NCBI GenBank assembly: GCA_963718435.1 | Contig: CAVQZQ010000085.1 | Span: 1-55,444 of the forward strand | From: an uncultured Acidobacteriota bacterium | Lineage (GTDB): Bacteria > Acidobacteriota > Terriglobia > Terriglobales > Acidobacteriaceae | Direction: 5' to 3' | DNA length: 55,444 bases | Shown here: piece after piece, positions 31,637 to 41,717 of the stretch | How the letters are laid out: the number at the start of each line of letters is the position of its first letter | How positions within the stretch are numbered: position 1 is the stretch's first letter | Notes under the pieces: generated by a model | Databases searched by the model: none | Told to the model about the DNA's origin: nothing | What the model saw: the letters and a program-made list of their open reading frames with translations, nothing else | Program-made: the position numbers and the translations under genes

Positions 31637-32090
31637 GTTTCTGACCGCGTGATTTCCTGCTTTGAGTTCATGCTTTCCCGGGTCCCAAAATCAGGACCTG
31701 GGGCACCCATAGTTGGTACAACAACAAGCGGTCAGAGATCTAGTGAGAAGTCAGATTTTCGACGCAGCGGTTTTCGATACAAGCCCAAGATTCCAGCCGT
31801 GATGCCGACTGCTCGTGATCGATTCAGACTTGCGTCTCTAATTCAATTCGATCTAAGGAGTTGCAAGGGACTTATGGTTGCACCTTTCTGCGCTGAGTTG
31901 GGTCGAACGGGCCGCTTCAATCCCGAATTCCAAGGTCATTTAATTTTGTGTCGCAAGTGCAATCCAAGGCCATGAATGAGTCGTACCTCATTCAACCGAG
32001 TGGCGAATTCCTGAGCCTCTCAGCCGTTTTCTCCCCCGGGGTTCAGGTCGTCCCATTCCCCAATGCAACGAAGTTAACCAGGAGAGCCAT

Positions 32091-33722
32091 ATGTCAAGAC
32101 TGAGGTCTGCAATCGGACTCGCGTTGAGTCTCGTGATTGCCTTTCCGCCCGGCGCGTTTGCGTCGAGCCATCGAGAAGCGCCGATTACCGCCCTGGATCA
32201 CACAGCTGACATCACGGATTTCTACGCGTTTGTCAGCTACGATCATCCAGATCGAGTCACCTTCATCATGAACGTCGATCCGTTTCTGCAGCCGAGCAAC
32301 GGACCGAACTATTTCCCATTCGATCCATCGGTCGTGTATGAGATCAAGATCGACAACGATCACGATGCACGAGAAGACGTTACCTTCCAGTTCAGATTTC
32401 AGACCGCGATTCGCGCTCCCGGGGTCTTTACGGGCTTTGTGGGCGCAGGCAACGGGATTAACGCGCCAGCGAATTCGCCAGCGCCGGTGGCTCCGGGAAC
32501 GCCGATCGTGCCGCCTGCCATCACTTCTCTAAGTGGAGCCGGGGCCGCAGGGCTGAGTCTGCAACAAACGTTCACCGTCAATATGATCAAGGGTCACCAT
32601 CGCCATATCGAGTTGAGGAACACAACCGGCAGCCCGCTGATTGCGGTTCCCAGTAACGTGGGCCCCCGCACTATGCCGGACTACGATGCCTTAGCCGAAC
32701 AGGGCATCTATAACCTGCAAGGCTATGAGGGTGCTTCCGACATTCGGGTTTTTGCCGGCACGGTCGCAGACCCTTTCTTTATTGATCTGGGCGCGGCATT
32801 CGATAGCTTCAACTTCCGGACCAGCGCGGGTGGCGGTGTTCTGACGACCGCACAAGACAAAGACAACTATCTGAATCTGGCGCCGAATTCCGTGGCCGGG
32901 TTCAACGTCAACACCATCGTGATTGAGGTTCCCATCCGGCTCCTGACCAGCGATGGAGCCGTTCACTCCGCAACTAATCCCAAGGGAACAATTGGCGCGT
33001 GGGCGACAACGTCGAGGCCTGAAATCACCATTCGTCCCTCTCCCAGATCGGCAGACAACTTTGGGAGGCTGGCCCAGATTCAACGCCTTGGAAATCCCCT
33101 GGTTAACGAACTGGTTATCGGAACCGGCAGCAAAGATTATTGGAGCATGTCCGCGCCGGTCGATGACTCCCAATTTGCGTCGTACGATCTCGATCCTTTA
33201 CTCGCGAGAGTATTCAATGCGGTATATGGGATCAAGGTGCCGCCTGCGCCGCGCCTGGATCTGTTGCCGTTGGTGACGTATGCGGCGCCGATTGCCCCAA
33301 CGGGCACTCCCGCAGGACCGATCGCAGATCTTTTGCGACTCAATACGGGCGTTCCTCCGACACCGCTTGCCACCCGGAGTCGTCTCGGACTGATTGGCGG
33401 CGATCCTGCCGGGTTCCCAAATGGCCGTCGTCTGACCGATGACGTGGTCGATATCGCAGCTCGAGTTGTGGGCGGCGGCATCCTGAGTCCCGGTTTTGGC
33501 GTTGCGCCCAACACGCTTATAGGCGACGGTGTCAACGCGCCCGACGTTCCACCGCAAGAGACGTTCCCGTATGTGCACTTCGCGTACAGCGGGCGCGACA
33601 GCCGTCATATCAGTCCCGGCGATTCCACTGGCTGCGGAGACCAGCCGAATCCTTCGAGTGCTCAGAACTCGGATGCTCCGCCGGCCAATCAAGGTGGGTC
33701 GTCGGCTTGCCCCGTCAACTGA
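32091..33722 (+). CDS. Secreted DUF4331-family protein
   Basis: A signal peptide is followed by the SSHREAPITALDHTADITDFYAFVS motif characteristic of DUF4331. 543 aa, intact, with a Pro/Gly-rich C-terminal region containing CGDQ...SACPVN cysteines. AGGAGAG RBS is present. Confidence 0.6.
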   Translation: MSRLRSAIGLALSLVIAFPPGAFASSHREAPITALDHTADITDFYAFVSYDHPDRVTFIMNVDPFLQPSNGPNYFPFDPSVVYEIKIDNDHDAREDVTFQFRFQTAIRAPGVFTGFVGAGNGINAPANSPAPVAPGTPIVPPAITSLSGAGAAGLSLQQTFTVNMIKGHHRHIELRNTTGSPLIAVPSNVGPRTMPDYDALAEQGIYNLQGYEGASDIRVFAGTVADPFFIDLGAAFDSFNFRTSAGGGVLTTAQDKDNYLNLAPNSVAGFNVNTIVIEVPIRLLTSDGAVHSATNPKGTIGAWATTSRPEITIRPSPRSADNFGRLAQIQRLGNPLVNELVIGTGSKDYWSMSAPVDDSQFASYDLDPLLARVFNAVYGIKVPPAPRLDLLPLVTYAAPIAPTGTPAGPIADLLRLNTGVPPTPLATRSRLGLIGGDPAGFPNGRRLTDDVVDIAARVVGGGILSPGFGVAPNTLIGDGVNAPDVPPQETFPYVHFAYSGRDSRHISPGDSTGCGDQPNPSSAQNSDAPPANQGGSSACPVN

Positions 33723-33850
33723 TGTTCAGCAACGAACCTTGGCGTCAAGACTGGTCAAGGGAGGTTGCCTGAATCGTAACCGGTTCTCTGCGCGGAATCG
33801 ATTTCTGCGCAGAGGACCACTGAATCAGACCTCTGGGGAATGAGGTACAG

Positions 33851-35175
33851 ATGAAATCATTGCATTCAATTCTGTTTTGTCTTTGCGTCTTCTCGTGGCG
33901 TGGCCTTGCCCAGCAAGCGGCCTTGCCTTCAGCGACTGCGTCCCCTTTGGCTGGTGATGTGACAGCGCAGGAAGATACACCCGCGCAACAACGCATTGCA
34001 GAGGCCAACCAACAGATTGCGGATGATCCGAAGAAGGTGCAGGCATACAACGAACTGGCCATCGGGTTTCTGCGGAGATCGCGTGAAACTGCCGATCCAA
34101 AGTATTTAAAAGACGCCGATGCGGCTCTCGCTCAAGGTCTAAAGCTGGATGCGACAGATTTGCAACTGCAGAAGACCCAAGTGGCCCTCATGCTGAGCAG
34201 ACACCAGTTTGCTGAAGCAAGGGAGCGCGCGATGGCTCTCCAGAGACGAACACCGGACGATGTAATGACTTATGGATACATTGCCGAGGCAGACATCGCG
34301 CTCGGCAATTATCCAGAGGCAGAAACGAATGCACAGTGGATGATGAATATGCGGCCCAACAACACGCCGGCACTCCTTGTGGGGGCCAAGCTGCGCGCCT
34401 TATACGGCGATGTGCATGGCGCGATCGAGTTTCTCAATGGGGCTTATTCGCAGACTTCGCCTATCGAAGTGGAGGACCTAGCCTGGATCGCGAACCAGAT
34501 TGCGTCACTTCAAATCGACTCGGGACAGGTTGACTCGGCGGCCGAGACCTGGAGCAGGCCGAGCAGGTATTCCCTCATTATCTCTACACAACGGAAAATC
34601 TGGCGCGCGTCCGCATGGGCCAGCATCGTTTTAACGATGCGGTTCAGTTGTGGCTGAGTGCGGTGCGCGTTGATCGTGACCCTCACGTGCTCTTTGAACT
34701 GGCAAGAGCGCAAGACGCGGCAGGACAGGCCCGGGAGGCCGGCGCCACATTTGAGGAGTTCAAAAGGCTGGCCGGCACGCCGGAGACCGCGACGGATATC
34801 GCGAAACTCGACCTCATCCTGCTATATGCAGGAAGCGCTGCCACTGCTCCAAGAGCGCTGCAACTTGCTCAACAGGAAATACAGGCGCGGCATGATGTGT
34901 GGACCCTGGACGCTTTGGCCTGGGCGCTCTATTCAAATGGCCAATACCAGCAGGCGAGCGCCGAGATGCAGAAGGCAATAGCAGTCGGAATTCATAGCTC
35001 CCAAATCTTCGACCATATGGGCCATATCGCGCAGAAGCTTGGCCTGAGCGCAGAGGCAGCGAAGTACTTCCAGCTTTCCGTTCAAACCAATTCTGCCTCA
35101 TCCTTCGCTGCGGATGCTGGAAGAGTTGCCGGCCTGGGCACTGTAGCGCACGACGATCAGCCAAAGATGACTGAT
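33851..35175 (+). CDS. Secreted TPR-repeat protein (paralog 1), one frameshift near 34560-34620; 3' end uncertain
   Basis: Signal peptide MKSLHSILFCLCVFSWRGLAQQ. TPR-like helices continue after the frame change (ORF 34615..35457) with HDVWTLDALAWALYSNGQYQQA, shared with paralog 2. Confidence 0.55.
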
Positions 35176-35197
35176 CTCGAAGCGGCGGCGAAAGCTA

Positions 35198-36562
35198 TTG
35201 ATGCAGTCTCTCCGGCTCCTTCGAGCTCCAGATCACATCGCATCAACGATCGAGGTTGTAAAGGCGGACCCCGTTTTCGCTTCGGTTCCCGAGGCCCTGC
35301 TGACGCCGCAACCGACTGGCTCCATTCACGCAATTCACACCGCGCAAGCAACCGTGGCACGCAATCCAAAGGACGCAGTGGCATACGCGGGATTGGGCGC
35401 AGCATACCTTCAACGCGCCAGGGAGACAGGCGACATAAGCGACTATCAACTCGCTGAAGAGTCGCTGAACAAGTCACTCGACTTCGGCTCCGCAGATTTT
35501 TCGGCCGACGATGCGCTCGCAACGCTGGCAGAAGTTTGCATGGGAGAGCATCGTTTTACGGACGCGCTCCACTTTGCTCAGAAGGCTCTCTCTCTCGGAA
35601 CCGGGGACGTATCGCCCTTTGCAATCGTTGGCGATGCGTATGCAGACATGGGTGAATACGACAAGGCGGCCAATGCATACGGTCGATTGACACCTCGCGA
35701 TATGACGCTTTCTCCGCGCGCGGCCTATGCGCGAGACAGCCGACTCTCTTATCTCAAGTTCATCGCCGGCGATACTACAGCGGCGATCTCTCTTATGAAA
35801 ACCGCGGTTACAGAGGGTGTTGAAGCTCAACTTCAGAGCGAAAATCTCGCATGGTTGTACTACGAACTGGGCGAGTACGAAGTGCAGGCGGGCGACGCAG
35901 CTTCCGCCAATGTGGCATATCTTCAGGCCCTCAACGTACATCCCGGTGATTATCGCGCTCTCGCAGCCTTGGGCAAGGTTCGGGCAAACAATGGCAGATA
36001 TGCTGAAGCAATCGTCCTCTATAAAAGCGCAATTGCGGTTGTGCCGATGCCCATTTACATCGCGGAGCTTGGCGATCTCTATGAGAAGGTGGGCAACCGG
36101 ACAGAGGCTCAGAAACAATATGCGCTTGTCGAATACATCGGGCTCCTGGGCAAGATCAACCAGGTGCTTCACAATCGCGATCTCGCACTTTTCTATGCCG
36201 ACCATGACGTGAAGCTTGCTGAGTCTCTCGATCTCGCTCAGAAAGAGCTGGAGCTCAGGCACGATATCTACACATGGGACGCGCTGGCGTGGGCTCTCTA
36301 CAAGAACGGAAAGCTGACGGAGGCCGCAAAAGCAAGCAAAAACGCCTTGAAGTTCGGAACGCGCGACCCCCTGCTCCTGTTTCACGCCGGAATGATTGCC
36401 GAAGGACTTGGAAATCGTGAGCAGGCTCAAAGGGAGATGGAGGAAGCGCTTCAGATCAACCCGCATTTCCATTTCATCTATGCGAATACGGCACAGCAGA
36501 GACTCGCCGCGCTGGGAGCGCAAGCAGAGTCGACCGGAGGATCGAATGACCACGCTCGTTAA
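35198..36562 (+). CDS. TPR-repeat protein (paralog 2)
   Basis: 454-aa intact ORF. It shares the HDIYTWDALAWALYKNGKLTEA block and overall TPR architecture with the upstream gene. It has no obvious signal peptide, so the true start may lie upstream in another frame. Confidence 0.6.
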   Translation: MMQSLRLLRAPDHIASTIEVVKADPVFASVPEALLTPQPTGSIHAIHTAQATVARNPKDAVAYAGLGAAYLQRARETGDISDYQLAEESLNKSLDFGSADFSADDALATLAEVCMGEHRFTDALHFAQKALSLGTGDVSPFAIVGDAYADMGEYDKAANAYGRLTPRDMTLSPRAAYARDSRLSYLKFIAGDTTAAISLMKTAVTEGVEAQLQSENLAWLYYELGEYEVQAGDAASANVAYLQALNVHPGDYRALAALGKVRANNGRYAEAIVLYKSAIAVVPMPIYIAELGDLYEKVGNRTEAQKQYALVEYIGLLGKINQVLHNRDLALFYADHDVKLAESLDLAQKELELRHDIYTWDALAWALYKNGKLTEAAKASKNALKFGTRDPLLLFHAGMIAEGLGNREQAQREMEEALQINPHFHFIYANTAQQRLAALGAQAESTGGSNDHAR

Positions 36563-38981
36563 GAGGCCAGGCAGATTCTTGACGCTGGTGCTGTTGCTCG
36601 GCTTCTGTCGTTTGGCTGGGGCTCACCCGATGGGAAATTTCAGCGTGAACCATTACTCCAAGATTTCTTTGGAGACGGATGGGGTTCGCGTCACCTACTT
36701 CATCGATCTGGCGGAGATACCCACCTATCAGGAATTGCAGCAAGCCAATATCTCTGCATCCGCAATCGCTCCCGATTCCGCAGCCGTCATCAACTACGTT
36801 GCGGCCCGAGGTTCGGAGCTGGCACGCGGTCTCATTCTCCAGGTGGATGGCAAACCGACTCCTCTTCGGCTCATCTCCAGTGGGGTCATTTTTCCTCCGG
36901 GCGCAGGTGGTCTTCCCACGATGAAGATGGGCTTTGTGTATGAGGCAGCCTATTCATCGACTCCCTCGACGATGGACCGCCAACATATCAGCCTTCATTA
37001 TGCCGACAATAATTATCCCGGCCACGCGGGATGGAAGGAGATCGTGGCTCTGCCCGGAGATGGCTCCCTGCTTCGGAGCACTATCCGCACGTTGGATCGT
37101 AGCAACGAGTTGAGCAACTATCCAACCGATCTGCTGAGCAGCCCTCCCCAGGATCTCGAAGCATCGCTGGTCGCGACGCTGCCGCCCTTGCCGGCGGTCG
37201 CTCACGACGCACAGAGTGCCCCTCTGTCGTCATTAGCAGCGCGTCAAGCAATGAGAGCGGCGCCCGCGTTGAATCGAGTCGGCGAGAAGAAGGGACCCAC
37301 GCGCAAGCCGTCCACGTCCCGAACTGATTCGGTCGCCCAGGAAACTTCGAAGCCCGCACGGCCTCTGTCGGCTACCGTGCATCTCCAGGCGAACCGGCAA
37401 CAGACACCCCGCAGCAGATTTACTGAGTTGATTCAAGCCCAGGATCTCAGTGCATGGTTCTTGTTTACCGCGGCCCTCATTGCCATCGGTCTTGGCGGGC
37501 TTCACGCCCTGGAGCCTGGCCACGGCAAGACCATCGTCGCCGCATATCTTGTCGGCTCCAAAGGGACAGCGCATCACGCAATACTTCTTGGAATCATCGT
37601 CACCGCATCGCACACGGCCGGCGTCTTCGCACTGGGTGCCGTTACACTTTACGCTTCACGCTACATCGTGCCCGAGCAACTCTATCCCTGGCTTGGCGGG
37701 CTCTCCGGCATCACGATTGCGGTGCTTGGCGGCTATATGGTTCTGCGCCGCCTGACCGGCGCGGGTACAGATCACTCTCATACTCCGGGCAGTTCCCACG
37801 GTCACTGGAAATTCTGGAATCGCCCAGCGGAGGATGAGACAGATCGCAATCCTGCCGCGAGCATGACGCCTTCAAAACAGTCCGTGAGCCTGACCCAGCT
37901 TTTTGTTTTGGGTATTACCGGCGGAATCATCCCATGCCCGGCTGCGCTGATCGTGCTCCTGAGCGCATTCGCGCTGCACAGAATCGGTTTGGGCTTCTTC
38001 CTGATCGTGGCATTTAGCGTTGGCCTCGCCGCAGTTCTGATTGGCTTTGGAATGTTGATGGTGTACGCGCGCCGCTTTATGAGCCGTCTTCGGATCGACG
38101 GCGCGTTGACCAGGCGTTGGCTTCCGGTTGTGTCCTCCTCATTCATTACAATCCTCGGCCTGACCCTGGCGATTCAATCCCTGGCTTCGGTGCATCTCGA
38201 CGCGCACTTGTTTTCAAAAGAGCGGCTGGGGCCGATTCTGTTCGTTACTTGCCTGGGCCTGATCCTCGGGATGCGGCACTCTACCGACGCCGACCATGTG
38301 GTTGCAATTTCAACCATTGTGAGCAAGCAACGAAGCATCCGCAATGCCGCTGTCATCGGATCCGTCTGGGGGTTGGGTCATACGATAACAATCTTCATCG
38401 TCGGCTCGCTGATCATCCTTTTCGGAGTGGAGATTCCACCCCGGCTGGGTTTGTCGATGGAGTTCAGTGTGGCTCTCATGCTCGTACTCCTTGGCATCCT
38501 TAACCTCACCGGCGTGATGCAAAAGGTGACAACCCGGATGACTCCAGTAGTTACGATCGCGAAGGACGCACCAGACCTGAAACCGAAGAAAACAGCCATG
38601 ACCAAAACGGGGAAACTTCGGGAGAACTCGGTAGGTCGCCTTGGCATCTATCAATGCGCGAGGCCCCTGGCCATCGGTCTTGTTCATGGTCTCGCCGGAT
38701 CAGCGGCGGTCGCGCTACTCGTCCTGTCTACAATTCATAGCCCTGTCTGGGCAACGGTTTATCTTCTAATCTTCGGTGCCGGAACCATGATCGGGATGAT
38801 GTGCATGACCGCAGTTATTGCACTTCCGCTTACATTTGCTGGAGATCGCTTTTTGAAATTGAGCAAGTATTTCGGAGCTGCATCGGGGATGGCCAGTCTT
38901 TGTTTTGGCTCGTTCCTTGTCTACCAACTAGGATTTATGGGAGGGCTGTTTACCAGCCACCCTCAATGGATTCCCAGATAG
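36555..38981 (+). CDS. Fusion membrane protein: signal peptide + about 290-aa periplasmic domain + RcnA-like NicO Ni/Co transporter domain + HoxN/NixA-like NicO domain
   Basis: GGAGGA RBS then ATG 36555 (MTTLVKRPGRFLTLVLLLGFCRLAGA|HPMGNFS). The first transporter domain has HALEPGHGKT, a His-rich loop DHSHTPGSSHGHW and GGIIPCPAAL. The second has GMRHSTDADHVVAIS and WGLGHTITIF. One uninterrupted 808-codon frame. Confidence 0.7.
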   Translation, partial: LVKRPGRFLTLVLLLGFCRLAGAHPMGNFSVNHYSKISLETDGVRVTYFIDLAEIPTYQELQQANISASAIAPDSAAVINYVAARGSELARGLILQVDGKPTPLRLISSGVIFPPGAGGLPTMKMGFVYEAAYSSTPSTMDRQHISLHYADNNYPGHAGWKEIVALPGDGSLLRSTIRTLDRSNELSNYPTDLLSSPPQDLEASLVATLPPLPAVAHDAQSAPLSSLAARQAMRAAPALNRVGEKKGPTRKPSTSRTDSVAQETSKPARPLSATVHLQANRQQTPRSRFTELIQAQDLSAWFLFTAALIAIGLGGLHALEPGHGKTIVAAYLVGSKGTAHHAILLGIIVTASHTAGVFALGAVTLYASRYIVPEQLYPWLGGLSGITIAVLGGYMVLRRLTGAGTDHSHTPGSSHGHWKFWNRPAEDETDRNPAASMTPSKQSVSLTQLFVLGITGGIIPCPAALIVLLSAFALHRIGLGFFLIVAFSVGLAAVLIGFGMLMVYARRFMSRLRIDGALTRRWLPVVSSSFITILGLTLAIQSLASVHLDAHLFSKERLGPILFVTCLGLILGMRHSTDADHVVAISTIVSKQRSIRNAAVIGSVWGLGHTITIFIVGSLIILFGVEIPPRLGLSMEFSVALMLVLLGILNLTGVMQKVTTRMTPVVTIAKDAPDLKPKKTAMTKTGKLRENSVGRLGIYQCARPLAIGLVHGLAGSAAVALLVLSTIHSPVWATVYLLIFGAGTMIGMMCMTAVIALPLTFAGDRFLKLSKYFGAASGMASLCFGSFLVYQLGFMGGLFTSHPQWIPR

Positions 38982-39108
38982 TGATTATTCGAATGGTTAC
39001 AGAATCGCCCAGAGTGCGAAAGGTTCTCATTCTTTGTCCAGGAGTACTCCGAACTACGGATGGGATTGTTATAGGTGTAACGCAGAGGTAACACGAAGAG
39101 GATAATCA

Positions 39109-41481
39109 GTGCTGGGGGTCTCTCGATTCGCGATGAACGGACTTAGGGAGTGCGAAGCCGGTGCGTGCTGCGATTGTTTTGGCAGCCTGAGCAGACTTCT
39201 CAAAACTCTCCTGTGCGGCTGGACGCAGGTCCTAATCCTGCTCTTTTTTCTTTCGCAGGTTTCAGCCTACGCGAACTCCATTGAGGTGAGGGGTACCGTT
39301 TCTGATCCCGCTTCGAGGCCTGTCGCAGGCGCTACCGTTGAGCTTGTTGGCGGGAATGATGAGTCATTGGCCCGTACAATCACCGGTTATACGGGCTGTT
39401 TCCAACTTTCAGCGAAATCGACGGAGGAGTATCGCCTGATTGTGAAAGCGGCTGGATTTCAAACAGTTTCAAAAATGCTGGTGATCTCCCCATCCGAAGC
39501 GCGATACGAAATCAATTTCAGCCTGACCATCAGCACGGTCGAATTGGTGACAGTTACATCGGACGTGGGTAATGTTGACGTATTTTCTCCGGACCCAGCC
39601 GAGAAGGTCTTTGTTCAGCAGGACCTGATCGATGCAAACCCGGGTCGTGCGGGAGCGCCCGTCTCGATTCCCGGCTTTCCCATTGAAACTGCGTCAGGCG
39701 GCATTAAGGCTCCGCAATATTTTGCTCCGGGCGTTGCGGCGGATCATGGTGAGCCAATCGCGCAGTTCATTTCGGTCGGCGGCTTTCTGCTTCCCAATAA
39801 CCTCTCTGCGAACGCGCACGGGAATGGATATGCCGATCCTAATATCCTCATCCCGCAAGTTCTTGGAGATGTCCAGGTGGACGGAGGATCCTTCAATGTG
39901 CTCGAAGGGAATCATGCGGTGAACCTCGCTGCCTCCTATCGATTGCGATCCAGAGTCGCGCCATTTGTAAATTTGTCGGGGGACTATCGCGATATCGGTC
40001 TCGCGATGGGAATGAGCCCAGGGGAAAAGTCATGGGTGGCTCTCGAGGCCTCCTACGGCAATGGCTTCCTCAAGCGCCTCGAGCATCGGCAACAGTACAA
40101 GATCAACGGCCAGCGCGTGTTTGAGACACACCAGCACCAATTAACTCTTCTCGGAATCGGGTACTATGGATTCTCTTACATTCCGGGGCTAGTCCCCATC
40201 GGCAGGGCGAACCCTGACTATCCGAATGTCGGCGACACCGTCGATCCTCGCCAGAAGGAGCAGACACATACTTCGCTGATCGCGCTTAACGATGAGTGGA
40301 CGCTGAACCGGCAACAGAATCTCCAAATCTCTGGATTCTTCCGTACTTACAATCTGTCGCTCAATTCGGATTTCGGGGAGGGAATGATTCGGCAAAGCGA
40401 GTTTCGCACGGTGGCGGGAACCAGCGCCAACTACACAGACGAAGTCAGCAGCAGCCTCTCAGTCTTAGCCGGGCTCGATTTTGAGCGGGAAGCCCCGCGC
40501 CGCGACGACCTCGATCACTACAACTTCTACACACCTGGGAATATGGATTCGGGCCCATTCTCTAAAGTGGACGGAAGCAATGTGACGATCACCCCGATTA
40601 GTCCCTATGCCGCGTTTGAGGGCGCACTGGGAAGCCGCATTCGCTACTACGCCGGCTGGCGGCGCGATCAGATCGAGATCGACAACCAGGACCTTTTGCT
40701 GCCCAAGGATTCGTTTCATGGGTGGGTTGGCGTGAACTCTCCGAAAACAACCGTCTCAATTATTCCCGGCTCTGCGCGGTGGGCGCCTTTGGTGTCGGCC
40801 AGCGCGGGCGAGTCATTCTTCACTGAAGACCCAAGGGTTGGAGCAGGAACGACGCACGAGACGCTTGTGAGCCGAGCTCACTCGTATCAAATGGTGGCGA
40901 GCAAGCTGATTTCCCACACAGATATTAGGTTGACGCTCGGGCAACTGACCGGAGCCGCGCAATTGGCCAAGATTGATCCGGACACGGGATTGCAAGAAAA
41001 CCAGGGGCCGGGCCGCATGCGATTTCTGACTACCGCAGTCAAGCAGAATTTCGGCGCCGGCTCATTGCTTCTGACTTGGTCGAAGGCGGATGCCCGCGAT
41101 ATCGACACCGGACAAATGACACCAGAGGCCCCCCGAACGATCTTCGATCTTCTTGGCGCGTCGCAGAAGTTGCCTCTGCGCCTTCAGGCGAAAGGGGAAT
41201 TCGAGTACGTCGCGGCAAAGCCGCTGGGCACCGGATGTGCACCTGATCCAAATGCGCAATGCATCGGCGTGCGAGTGAGGGAATTGCGCGCGGCCGTCTC
41301 GCGTTCATTTCAAGAAGGACGCTTTAACATCGGAACGAATCTGTTCTTAGCGAGCGGCTTCACCGGCCAGACTCTGGAAACCTTCTATCCTTCCACGACA
41401 TCCCAAGTGGCGGGCGTCCGCATTCCGTCTTACGCAAGCATCAATTTCACCTACAGGTTCGGTGCTTCCTCTGCGCCATAA
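39109..41481 (+). CDS. TonB-dependent outer-membrane receptor with N-terminal CarboxypepD_reg-like domain
   Basis: GTG start with a GAAGAGGA RBS and signal peptide LLCGWTQVLILLFFLSQVSAYA. A beta-sandwich (IEVRGTVSDPASRPVAGATVELVGGND...YRLIVKAAGFQ) is followed by a plug-like region. The C-terminus ends INFTYRF. 790 aa, intact. Confidence 0.7.
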   Translation: MLGVSRFAMNGLRECEAGACCDCFGSLSRLLKTLLCGWTQVLILLFFLSQVSAYANSIEVRGTVSDPASRPVAGATVELVGGNDESLARTITGYTGCFQLSAKSTEEYRLIVKAAGFQTVSKMLVISPSEARYEINFSLTISTVELVTVTSDVGNVDVFSPDPAEKVFVQQDLIDANPGRAGAPVSIPGFPIETASGGIKAPQYFAPGVAADHGEPIAQFISVGGFLLPNNLSANAHGNGYADPNILIPQVLGDVQVDGGSFNVLEGNHAVNLAASYRLRSRVAPFVNLSGDYRDIGLAMGMSPGEKSWVALEASYGNGFLKRLEHRQQYKINGQRVFETHQHQLTLLGIGYYGFSYIPGLVPIGRANPDYPNVGDTVDPRQKEQTHTSLIALNDEWTLNRQQNLQISGFFRTYNLSLNSDFGEGMIRQSEFRTVAGTSANYTDEVSSSLSVLAGLDFEREAPRRDDLDHYNFYTPGNMDSGPFSKVDGSNVTITPISPYAAFEGALGSRIRYYAGWRRDQIEIDNQDLLLPKDSFHGWVGVNSPKTTVSIIPGSARWAPLVSASAGESFFTEDPRVGAGTTHETLVSRAHSYQMVASKLISHTDIRLTLGQLTGAAQLAKIDPDTGLQENQGPGRMRFLTTAVKQNFGAGSLLLTWSKADARDIDTGQMTPEAPRTIFDLLGASQKLPLRLQAKGEFEYVAAKPLGTGCAPDPNAQCIGVRVRELRAAVSRSFQEGRFNIGTNLFLASGFTGQTLETFYPSTTSQVAGVRIPSYASINFTYRFGASSAP

Positions 41482-41717
41482 GAGTCTCCTCCAGGTTTCA
41501 AGCCAGATCAATCCCGTAGAATGCCTAGATCGGCGAACCGTTGCCCACTTCCGGTTAGAAATCGGCTTCCTGGAATTGGTTTTGGACCGTGGTCCGGTCG
41601 AGTAGAAAATAAACTGCGGGAGAACCGCGGAAGAAACTGATAATGGGTCCAGGACTGCGGATCCAGGATCGAAAATCCAAATCGTCACGAACTGGGGAAT
41701 GGTGTATAGAGGTGCAA

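Noticed and set aside
31649-31975. 108-aa ORF in the 450-nt gap before the DUF4331 gene
   Set aside because: No RBS, no motifs and atypical composition. It is more likely untranslated leader or regulatory DNA.
35474-36553. 359-aa minus-strand ORF
   Set aside because: Antisense to TPR paralog 2; no recognisable domains.
38982-39108. Riboswitch (for example cobalamin, or a Ni/Co-responsive element) upstream of the second TonB-dependent receptor
   Set aside because: The 127-nt leader lacks the conserved B12-box or czcD-type motifs I can recognise by eye. Covariance-model scanning would be needed to exclude it.
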